64,000 bases of DNA from Mytilus edulis. Lineage: Eukaryota. Where the stretch lies: assembly GCF_963676685.1 (NCBI RefSeq), contig NC_092351.1:31000001-31064000 (forward strand), read 5' to 3'. Of the stretch, positions 1 through 11,334 are shown in pieces. A program made the position numbers and the translations under genes. Position 1 is the first letter of the stretch. Each line of letters begins with the position of its first letter. Below the pieces are notes generated by a model, which was not told the origin of the DNA, did no database searches, and saw only the letters and a program-made list of their open reading frames with translations.

Positions 1-1154
1 TATTGCATAGAAAATTATTGCCGTCTAGATATGCTTAGTTAAAACTGACGAGATTTTTGACCGGAAACGATCATTTGGTAAGCATATTTTTCTTGAATGC
101 ATTCTTATTTTCGTTATTATTTCATATTTACTTTAGTGTTATTGAAACAAAGTTTTAAAACAGTTTCTTTCGTGTTTATATTATGGAATTTGATTAAAAA
201 TAAACCTCGATGTCTGCACAGGTAAAGTTTCCCATGTTCTATTTTAAGCCTCGAGGTCATAAAAATGTCAAACAGATAATTGTTGTAAAAACACTGACCA
301 TTCTACTTCAAAGGGTGTTAATAATTGATTGGATTTAAACAATTGTCCATAGATTACATTTGGGGTTAATTTTTAAAACAAAAACTCCTGTTAATTATCG
401 ATCATAACCAATGTGAACTCTATTGGGCTTGGGGTGATCTTTATTAATGTTAATATTATAGGGCATTTACATATGGTTAAAAGAATTTTATACATCAATC
501 ATTTGTTTTTAAAATTTTATGAAAAGAGCATTTACTTTTAATTATTATATTTTCTCACTTTCAACACTTGTGTCCAGCAATTAACCCGTACAGGACCCCA
601 CCATTACTGCTTTGCATATACGAAACTAACAAGTTGTTACTTCAGTGCCCAACTGCATAATTCATTACACATCTATTGTTAAAATAATTATAAACTGTGA
701 AGTATTGTTTAAAAGTTTATTTTAATCAAAGCCTAACAATGTACATTGTACATATGGGTCATAGAAACAAATCTATTTTTAGAACAGTTTATTTTCGTAT
801 CCCAGGTAAAGGAAAGTCTGAATGCAAATAAACTAAAACTAAATGTGTTTATAATCTTTATTTAAAGAAACAAAATAAAATAACACATATGACACTAGAG
901 TAGACATAAAAAATTTATTATAATAAATCATCATTCAGTATATTGTATGTGGATTACAGACGTTCATCTTTCTTCAGGGATTTCTTTTACTGATCTGTTC
1001 TATCGATGTTATTTGACTCTGTCATTTGGCATTTCGGATATAAGCATACTCCGCTTTATTGCATAATTTTGTCTGACAAATAGACTATGCAAATAACAGG
1101 AATCTACTGTACAAACTTTTTTTTTTCTTATGGCTTTCAATATTTTAAAGGTTA

Positions 1155-1348
1155 GGGCTATTCCAGAAAAAAATGTAGGGGGGGGGGGGTGTTGGAAGGC
1201 ACATTATATTAATAATACATGGGTGATGGGTATCAGAGCAACTTTTCACACTATAATGTACTATAATTCTCAATTACAAGTGTCTGGGTGGTGGGTGCTG
1301 ACAAAAACTGCCTTCCAACCCCCCATACATTTTTTTCTTGAATAGCCC
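1155..1348. mobile_element. PIF/Harbinger (Tourist-like) MITE
   Basis: About 40-bp TIRs: GGGCTATTCCAGAAAAAAATGTA..GTTGGAAGGCA and TGCCTTCCAACC..TACATTTTTTTCTTGAATAGCCC. TTA target-site duplication at 1152-1154 and 1349-1351. Confidence 0.8.
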
Positions 1349-1669
1349 TTAGCTAACTTCTTCTTGTTGCAGGTCATGACAGAGCTAAAAATAAAAAAAA
1401 AATAATAAAAGAATTCCTTGCTCCTGTATTGAATTAACAGACATGAGTTTGAGCTATAAGCTTTGAGAATACACTAATGCTCTGAAAAGAAAGGTCACTT
1501 ATGTTAAAAATAGTACTTGTTTTTCATTTTCTTATAATTATCTAATGGTGACTAACTAAATTTTCAATTTTAGAAATCTGCCTGCAATGCTTTTCACACA
1601 AAACAAAACTTTTAAATATAACATTGCCAATAATTTAACAAATGATTTTAAATTAATTTTATTTTACAG

Positions 1670-4600
1670 ATCAGAATATTCCGTCCTCCTAACTATTCAG
1701 GAACACTTGCTTTAGCATTGCTGTTTGCCTTGATTGGTGGATTGCTGTATTTAAAGAGAAACAATTTAGAATTTATCTACAACAAAACATTTTGGGGAAT
1801 CGGTGCACTGGTAAGATATTTTTTTAAAATAAAGGTTTGAAATTTGTAGGACATTACCTAAAAAAAATGAGGTAACTTTTGCATCAAATCAATGAGTTGA
1901 TATTCTGATAAAAAATGTTTGAATTATTTGTTCCCCAAGTGCATTTGATAATTATGTACATTTGAAAGTGATCGAAAAATTATGAAAAATATTTGTTTTT
2001 TTAAATATTTACTGGTACAATTGTGTGTTGTCAAATATTAACACATAGTTTGACATATTCCTAGTTTTTCTTTATGAGTAATGAAATTACTATTAATAAC
2101 CTGACATAGGGAAAATACTATTGATCTTGTCTAGGAGGACATTTTATCTGATTCCAAAAACATGAACATACTTCTTGATAGGTTATTGCACATGAATTTT
2201 TCTTAAATTGCCGGGCCACACTCATGATCGTCTATTTAAATACAAGTGCCTTTATATTTGCACACAAGATTAGTTACTGGGACAGCCTGTAATTTTCAGA
2301 GCTTCACTGACTATCTATATTTAAACAATTTGTAGGTTATAATTTTCGCCATGACATCAGGACAGATGTGGAACCATATCAGAGGACCTCCTGTAATGCA
2401 TAAAAATCCACAAACTGGCCAGATTGTAAGTTTTTGTTTTTACGTGATGGTTTTAATTTGGTGATTTTATTTCTTATTTCTTAAAAATATAAAATTATAT
2501 TGCATGTTTTTCTCTCCTGAAATTGTAATGAAAACCCAAACATTTTTATTGTTAAAAGATAAACTGTAAAAAAAGGACCAGGATGTTCAGAGATGTCAAT
2601 TTTTTTTATAAGTTTTTTACTATTGAAAAATAGAAAATTTGTTCAGAATTTGTGAATAGTATTGTAAGTTTTCAGAAAATGGTTTTCAAATTCTTAAAAC
2701 CAAGAAGCTTAAGAGAAAAAAAGTTGAGAAAAATAGCTGTCCACTTTAACCATATACAGTACACAATGTACAGTATGTCATAGAAGATTTTGTGTGATTC
2801 ACTTTGAACTGAAGCAGGGTGATTGCCGGTAATATCATACATCTAATTAATGATTTTTTTCACACAATTACATTTTGCCTATAGAATATTTAAAAAGCTA
2901 TATCTGCATTCACTGAGGTAATTTCCTGTTTTGTTTTAATCTGATTATCGAGTGGATTTGATGACATTACTAGGCAATCCCTAACTTGTTATATCTTGGC
3001 AAGCAACAGTGTGATTTCCCCAATTAATGAAACTGATATGTAATTATACATATATATATATGAAGAAAAATTATGTTAAACTTAAATAGATAAACAAAGA
3101 ATCTTTTATATTTTTAAGGCATGGGTCTTTTGCATGACTTTTTAAACTTATTAAATTTTTAAGGAATTTGCACTAACAAACATGATAAATATGAATGTGA
3201 TCTAACATTTTATTTACTTTGATATTTGCATGTTTTTTTTCTATGTTTTGCAGAATTACATACATGGTAGTAGCCAAGGACAATTTGTTGCAGAAACATA
3301 TATAGTATTTTTATTGAGTATCCTGCAATTAGAATCAGGTCATATAGTTGGTTTCATAATTTCTAGAAAAATGTTTAAATAAAATATCAATCAATCATTG
3401 GAATTTCAAATTTTAAATGATAATAGATAAATCCCTTTATTAACATACTGCTATCTTTTCAAAAGTGAGGATGTTAAAATGTTAATGTTACATAAAAACA
3501 AATATAAGAAGAGTGTTTAACATTTTGAAAGTCGGGTAGTATGTTGATTTTCAAACGTATATACATTTTGGAGATACCAAGATAATCATACCTCTGTGAT
3601 TTGATACTTTTACATTTATAATTCTCAAATTGTGGTTTTCAAACAATAATATTTAAATTCAGCTTTTTTTTTTATGTTTTGAGGAGGTAGATATTTTCAG
3701 AACTAAGAAATATTAAACATTCCTTCCTGCCTGTACATAAATGCGTGTATGGTATAATAACAAAAGTACTGCGATTAAAAAAAATTAAGCTAATTCATTA
3801 ATAGTGCACTACATGTAGTGTGTTTAATGTATGTGAGTCTTAACATTTGTGTTGTTGCTACCATACTCATGTTAAATCTAGACTGATTGTTCTAATAACA
3901 TACAGGTAGACTCTGACCCTATGAAACAGACAATCCTAGAATCGGGTATAGTTTGTTTACTTTGTATCTTTAATGTTGCTCACATTTTGCTGGTTTAAGG
4001 TGACATATTAACTGATACTGGCAATCATACTAACTTTTTATTATTTTCTCTTTTATTATACTTTTTTTCTGATATTTTGGCAACTGGTCAGTGGATATTT
4101 ATTTGTTTTTAAGAGCAATGTTAACAGTTGTTAGTATTGATCTCAATATTATTCAGCTATAATGGTTTCCTCAAGATGAAGTTACCTTGGATAGTCCAAT
4201 AATTGCATTTTGGGTTTAACTTTTAAAATTTTTATTAAACAATTTGAAACATGGTAGTATTTCAAATTTCTGGAATTATTTTGAACAAGTTGCTGATACA
4301 TGTATTTAGAATATATTGCATGCATGATAAGGTAATTGATGTATGTTTTATTTTTATTTTTTATAAAATTACAACAAATAATCATATGGAATTAACAACT
4401 TTAATGAAATGTAAAAGGCTTGCAGAATTTTATTTGATTTACTTTTTTCAAACTTATTATGTATTATATATACCACGCTATTTACGAGTTAACATATTTA
4501 AACGACGAATCCACAGGATGAGTTCGTTTAAATATGTTAATGAGTAATACATGGTATATATGTTTTGTAACATCATTTAAAAGTGGCCTGGTGATTTTTA

Positions 4601-7268
4601 TCCAATAAAAAGCAGTGGGAGTGTTGATCTAGCCCCCTGCTTAGCATGTGCACGAGAAAATCGATCCAGTCAATTTTTCAACATATCAATCTTTATATTA
4701 AACCATGCTTTTTCAGAAACCAAACTATTAAGCAGATTAATGTAATTATAATTGTAACATAATACAGCATTTTTCCTTTGAGGTTTTTAAGTGATAATCT
4801 GCTTAATAGTTCGGTTTCTGAAAAACCATGGTTTAATATAAAGATTGATATGTTATTCCATTTAAAAGAATCATGATGTACTTTGTGCTTGTAACTTCAT
4901 GTAGATAGACAGAGCTTGGACTATGGTTTAATCTGATATTTTTCATGTTAAACCATGATTTAAACTCCGCCTCTTTGTAACATCTCTATGTGACTGACAG
5001 TTAAGTGAATGCAGGAGGACAAGGATTTCTGAATGAACCTGCTGATTTTCGAAAAATTGACTTGATCGATTTTCTCATGCATGTGCTAAGCAGGGGGCTA
5101 AAACGACACTCCAACTGCTTTTTATTGGATAAAAATCACCAGGCCACTTTCAAATGATGTTACAAAACATATATACCACGTATTACTCATTAACATATAT
5201 AAACGAACTCATCCTGTGGATTAGTCGTTTAATTATGTTAACTCGTAAATAGCGTGCTATATATAATACTTACATTAAAACCATGAAAACAGGATTTTAG
5301 TTCATTTAGATATTTCAAAAACGATTGTTTGATAAAAACATTCGGAGATGAGGTTTGCTTGCTGTTTAGGCAAGTATCCAGCAGAGTTAGAATGAAGCGT
5401 ATGTAGAGTTGTCAGAATTAAAATCAGCTATTATCTGAACTTTTTTAGTTTCAACTCATAATAGAAGAGGAACATTAAATTCCATATATTACATTAGAAT
5501 TTTCTTCACAAATGAATAATTTGTAAATGAAGATTGAAAAAATAATAAAGTATCTCAATAAGATTAATACAAAAAATACTAGATCTTGATTCTTTCTGTT
5601 GATCTTGATTTTATGAGAGTAAGAGAAGATTGGAAAGTTTTTGGAAAAAAAGACTTCGAAGTAAATCACTAGCATGACTAGGGGGAAAATTAGAATGTAA
5701 AAGAGATGAAGAAAGTATAAGAGGGTTTAGGGGGACGAAATAAGAGACTGATAGACATGGTAATAATATTTAAAGCTATACATGTGAAAATGATCCTTAA
5801 CCAGATTTTAGATGCAGCAGTTGTTGGAGGGTTTATCATGTTGAATGAAGCCAATAATATCAAAGGCGACAGTGGAAAAAGAAGAAGTAAGTGAATGGCT
5901 GAACATTAGTTAGTTGTTTAAGACTTTTTTTGTATCTAGAATATTTAAATGCTGATCAATAAAGTATGTAAAATGGAATGCAATTGTCTGTATGTTTCTG
6001 ATCAAGAATGTCACACTTTCTTGTTCCTAAAAAATTATAACAAAGTTTTTGCACTGACGATTAGCTCCCTTTTGATTTTAACGATTTTCAGTATTGTAGC
6101 TCTAGAATTATGGGTCTTTAATTGTAGCCAATGTGTTAAACAAAGTCAAGAATATGACCAGCTTCTGATTTTTTTCTTCATTGTTATATAGAACTATTTA
6201 AAATTGCTTTGAATATTTTAACTCTTGGGAGCTTGTCTTCTGATTAATTAACATAACTTTAGTTATTGTGTCTTTTTGAAATACTTCTACCATTCCAGTG
6301 TTCAATCCATTGAAGCAAGCTTCATTCTGATTGTGATGATTTATAATTGTTTTTCTTTCCAAGTAATCAACAGACATTTATTCATAGTATCACAAAAATA
6401 TGTTCTATGAAACCCAGTGTGCTTTCCATTTTGATGTTTTTAATTATTTTGTTCCAGAGTAAATAAACTTTAATGTTATCTTAAAAACTGTAATGAATTC
6501 AATCATGCATACTGTCAGAATCTTAATTATTTTTAATCGATAAATTTTTGGGCATAATGTAAATGAGATGATTTTTAATAAATTTTTGTTCTTATTTCAG
6601 TAATAGCATTAGTTGGCCTAGGACTAGTTGCCTTCTTCTTTAGTTTACTGTTATCTGTGTTTCGGTCCAAATATCAAGGATATCCTTACAGGTTTGTATG
6701 CATACCATATATTGTTACAAAATAAAGCCCTTACATTCATGTTTTAAATTAATAAAAAAACTATTGCAATCAATTTGGGAAAAACAAAACTTTTAATATT
6801 TGCCTCCAGCCATGCCCATAATTCAATAGATGTTTTTAAGATGTCTTTTGGATTATATTAAGACTTTGAAAACAAATTTCTCCATCCTTCATTCTGGCTA
6901 TTATGCTTTTTCCTATCGCTTTGGATGAGTTCAAAATCAAGAAAAATTTAAATGTTGTACAATTTAGTAAGGGATTTATAGTATTTTGGTATACCATTGT
7001 CTGTTCATCCATCCATTCATCTGTCTGTATGTCAACACTACATAAAATAGCTTTAAACAATTCATATGAAATCTTAACACAAAATTTAAGACATAAAGCT
7101 GACACACCTATAAAGGTTGTATCAAGCATATGATAAAATTTGATTTGCTTTACAAAAAAGAATTATATCTTATCGTTGGTCTGTATGAAACTTCGTGAGA
7201 AGCACTTTTTAAATTAATTAAACGATATGTATTTCTGTTCTTTCTTTTTCAGCTTTTTATTCAAGTAG
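1670..7268 (+). CDS. TUSC3: Oligosaccharyltransferase subunit TUSC3/MAGT1 (OST3/OST6 family), 3' exons; 5' exons lie upstream of the window
   Basis: Exons 1670-1810 ([47 protein letters not shown]), 2336-2425 ([30 protein letters not shown]), 3254-3317 ([21 protein letters not shown]), 5812-5886 ([25 protein letters not shown]), 6601-6691 ([30 protein letters not shown]) and 7253-7268 (SFLFK*). All are GT-AG bounded and in phase. The motifs match TUSC3/MAGT1; this is probably the invertebrate co-orthologue of both. Confidence 0.96.
3318..5811 (+). other. U12-type (minor spliceosome) GT-AG intron
   Basis: Donor GTATCCTG at 3318. Branch-site TCCTTAAC at 5794-5801, 10 nt before the 3' splice site. 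No long polypyrimidine tract. Confidence 0.88.
4461..5269. mobile_element. Foldback / long-TIR non-autonomous DNA element
   Basis: 4461-4680 is the reverse complement of about 5051-5269. An inner pair, 4681-4739 and 4795-4853, is also inverted. TA-rich termini and no ORF. Confidence 0.8.
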
Positions 7269-8770
7269 AGCATTAGTAGGACGCAATGCTGATTTTTATG
7301 TGTGGATGTCGTGAAGATGCAATCAAGGACTGCCTAAGACATTTTATTAAAATTTATATTGTTGAAAGCTAGAATATGAATGTTGACTGACAGTTTGTCT
7401 GCAAAAGTTGTTGAATTATTTACAGTACTGTACATCCACAGTTTAGCATTATAAGCAGAAAGTTTTTGGATGAATAGAGTCTTTACAGTTATCAATTAAA
7501 CAATGTATGATATGGCACTTTTTTTGGCCCCTAATATTTGGAAATCACAAACTATTATAAATCTATCAAAACACATTCAGATAAGTAAAAAAGAAAGTAA
7601 TTTTAATTTAAGTAGGCACATACGTACAATACAAAAGAGTAACATGAGCTCTAATTATAAGGAGCTTAAAAATATTGGACATTATTAATAAATTCTTTTA
7701 TCAATGTTTGTTCTCTTTTGTTAATTGAATCCCTGAAATTTCTTGATTTTCAAGAAAAACTACTTTCAACTAGGAAATGAGAGAAATGAAGTATATTTTT
7801 GCCACATATTGTTTTGAAAAATTTGAATGTGATATTGTTGTTTGTAGGCCTGAAGATTCTATATGATTTAACCCCAAACTGTTTTTATTTAGTATATTTT
7901 GTGGTAATTTTGTCAATCATAACTTGTTTATCATCACAGATGACATTTGTTTGGTAGTATCCTATTCATTTATCAATAAAATTAACATAGTTTAAAAAGT
8001 GTTGGAAGAAATGTACTCTCTTTGGAATATCAAGGGCCAGATAAAGACCCTGATCATACCTCCTTCGTTGACTTTATAGTGTACACACAATTACGGATAA
8101 GAAAAAGATTTAAATAATCCAAGAAAAGGATTAGCTCTCCAATGTGAATTTAGAAAAATATTAATTAGTTTGAATATTGGTTCTATCGATTTTGTATTAG
8201 CATTTGAAAGGGCAAATATTGAAAATTGTAATTATTGTTAATTGTTGTCAGGTTTATACATTAATTAATGGGAGATATCTTTTTTAATAAAAGTAAAATC
8301 TATCTGTTGTTTGTGTTATATTATTTATTTATACATGTACCATGTGGCATTTATTTGACTTTTTCATCATCTGCAAATTTAATTTACTCCCTTATGAGTA
8401 AAAGAATACTATATTTCGTATACTGTTCCATCAGACAGGATTCACCTGACCTCAACCTCATTTTATAGATCAGTGATCAAGGTTAAGTTTTTGTGGTCAA
8501 GTCCATATTTCAGATATACAATAATCAAAATGGTCATCTACATTAGGTGCCTCTGGAATGATTGTAAAGTGAATATGTCTGTTTGGCAGGGTTCATTTGA
8601 TGCTGACCACATGTTTATGGTACATTAGACTCATTATAATTAGTCAATGTTAAGTTTTCATGACAGATACCATATGCAATAGGCCAACTTTTATTTGGTG
8701 TATAAAATGATTGTATGCTGTCTTGCAATGTTCATCTGAACTTGACCTCATTTTTATGGTTGATTGTTCA

Positions 8771-8847
8771 TTTTTATGCCCCACCTACGATAGTAGAGGG
8801 GCATTATGTTTTCTGGTCTGTGCGTCCGTTCGTCCGTCCGTCCGTTC

Positions 8848-8878
<31 letters not shown>

Positions 8879-9087
8879 TGTCCCGCTTCAGGTTAAAGTT
8901 TTTGGTCGAGGTAGTTTTTGATGAAGTTGAAGTCCAATCGACTTCAAACTTGGTACACATGTTCCCTATGATATGATCTTTCTAATTTTAATGCCAAATT
9001 AGAGATTTTACCCCAATTTCACGGTCCACTGAACATAGAAAATGATAGTGCGAGTGGGGCATTCGTGTACTGAGGACACATTCTTGT
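8771..9087 (+). mobile_element. Helentron-associated HINE (DINE-1/pearl-like)
   Basis: T-run plus subterminal repeat ATGCCCCAC, nearby inverted GGGGCAT, (CGTC/CGTT)n microsatellite, 3' GTGGGGCAT, short stem-loop GTGT..ACAC, and a CTTGT end inserted in a T-run. Confidence 0.85.
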
Positions 9088-9111
9088 TTTTTTAAATTTT
9101 CGTATTTAGAA

Positions 9112-9237
9112 GTGCCAATGAGAAAACTCTCCATCCAAGTCGCAATTTATAAAAGTAAACCATTATAGGTCCATGTACGGTCTTCAACACAGAGCCTTGG
9201 CTCAAACTGAACAGCAAGCTATAAAGGGCCCCAAAAA
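9112..9237. repeat. Interspersed repeat fragment (reverse-complement copy at about 45465-45605)
   Basis: TGCCAATGAGAAAACTCTCCATCCAA...GCTATAAAGGGCCCCAAAA matches the reverse complement of 45465-45590. Confidence 0.7.
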
Positions 9238-9899
9238 AGTGCTGTTTCTCAGATGTTTCATTTTTATACACGAGTCCTAACTATATTTGGTGTATGGCAT
9301 TAGTTTTGTTCTCTGGTAAGGTTTGTCTTTGAGTCATGCATCTGCTTCTCTTATATTGTAAGTTTTATTATGTTATTTTTAAATTCTGTTTAATGTCTTG
9401 AAAAGACTATTTGGACGATCATATTAACTTTAAACCCATTTAAGAACAAACTAGAGCGTAATATTAATTATCAACATAACTGATAAAATGAATGACATTT
9501 AACATTTTCTTACGCGATTTTTTGACCTGAAATGACATTTTTTTTTACCATTTATTGTACGTTTGCTTAGCTATAAGCCTGCATTTGGAAACAGATGAAC
9601 AGAAATTGTTGACGGCCAATAATTCAGCAGTTCAAGATCTACAAATATGATCTTTAATTAAATCCTTATAGAAATGATATATTGTTTTAAATTACGAGAA
9701 TTAATTTTTTTTAAATCTTTTTGTGTGTGCATAAGTATAAGTATGTATGTCTTCTTAACAACTTCTAATGAGAGACCAAAGGTCGAATATATAAATAACT
9801 ACAAGTCGCCGTATAAACTTCAACAATGATCAAAACCAATACTGTATAGTCCACTTTAAAAAGCACGGTTATGACGAAAATGTGAAACAATTCAAAAGA

Positions 9900-10102
9900 T
9901 AATGGAATTTGATGCCAATGTCATACAATGAGAGGTTTAGCTAACTATAAAACCAGGTTCAATCCACCATTGTCTACACAAGAAAATGCCTGTACCAAGT
10001 CAGGAATATGACAGTTGTTATCCATTCGTTTGGTGTGTTTGTGCTTTCGATTATATCATTTGATTAGGGACTTTCCGTTTTGAATTTTCCTCCGAGATCA
10101 GT
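9900..10102. repeat. Interspersed repeat fragment sharing the CCAAGTCAGGA motif with about 20940, 23535 and 29620
   Basis: AACCAGGTTCAATCCACC..CCTGTACCAAGTCAGGAATATG and related reverse-complement motifs recur several times in the window. Confidence 0.55.
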
Positions 10103-11334
10103 ACTTTTGTGATTTTACTTTTGACCTATTCTGTAATAATTGAATACACTCGTTGTACAGTCGATACTCAGGATTTCAGACTGAAACCATTTTAACCGGT
10201 TTTTTTTTAGAAAGAGTAATATAGTGTAGTTATGTTTTTTTTCTACACAAAGTTCATTCATTTACTCCACACTCTTAAACTTCACTACTTAATTCATTTT
10301 TTCACCCATTTTAAACTCGATGCATTAGATTTTTGTAAAGCCTAAACTGTTTATCCATATTCAAATGAGATGTAGAGTGGTTTTTTTTTCGTAAATTTGT
10401 TTTGTCCATTTATACCTTATGAATGATAAGTTGACATCTCATGATATAAACAAAATCTTTAATGCTCTATTATATTGTGAATTTCCTATGTGTTGAAATT
10501 TTCGAGAAAGAGTTATATAGCGATCAATATATTTTTTGTCTGCATCTCTTATTACCTGTAGATCCTTCAATATCGATTCTTATATTTAACAATATGATGG
10601 ACAAATCGTCCTCATATATTTACTTCCAATTTACATTACATATGTTTTCATTTGTTTTATGATGCTTTTTTTCCCCTCGACTGTATTTTTGATATGGTTA
10701 TGAGAGTATTTATTACAAACCTACAGCCTTTAAAACTGAGATTTTTGTTATAAAATTTGAAACATAGGTTACTCACTTGCTTTTCTATGATGTGCTATTG
10801 TTTATTTTTTACCAAAAGTTCTAACCAACCTAGCTGTAAATTCCCAAATACCTCGTGCTGAGTCACAAAAGTCGAGCGCACCCTAAAAGGTGTACTTGAT
10901 TTGGTCCATATTTTTATCTGTTTTAACCAATAGCTACATTAATAAACTTGTTTACGCTAGCACAACATGCAATAATCCTATATCTATCAGTCATCAAATT
11001 GCTAAATATGATAGTACAAGGATAAAGGCTGTGGATTTTCTATAAAATTTCCATATGTTTAGCATTGAATCAACAGAAGGGTACATTATCCTTAAGAAAA
11101 TAATCTATTGATGTAGAAATGGAAAAGACAATAACTAATTTTGATTTTTATGAAGTTCTCCTTATGTTTGATTGAGCATTGTGCCAAGCAGTGTTTTTTT
11201 TTTTAATTTTGTTCTCTTAACATCAGACAATTTTAAAAATTACCTTTTATCGTGTTTATTAACAACATTATGTGCAAAACCAGTTTTAATGTTTCGAAAT
11301 CACTGGAGTTATATGATTAAAAATTATTCACTTG

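Noticed and set aside
1130-1345. 71-aa ORF
   Set aside because: It lies almost entirely within the MITE in a TUSC3 intron.
8711-8960. Short ORFs with RPSV/DERT repeats
   Set aside because: They are translations of the HINE microsatellite.
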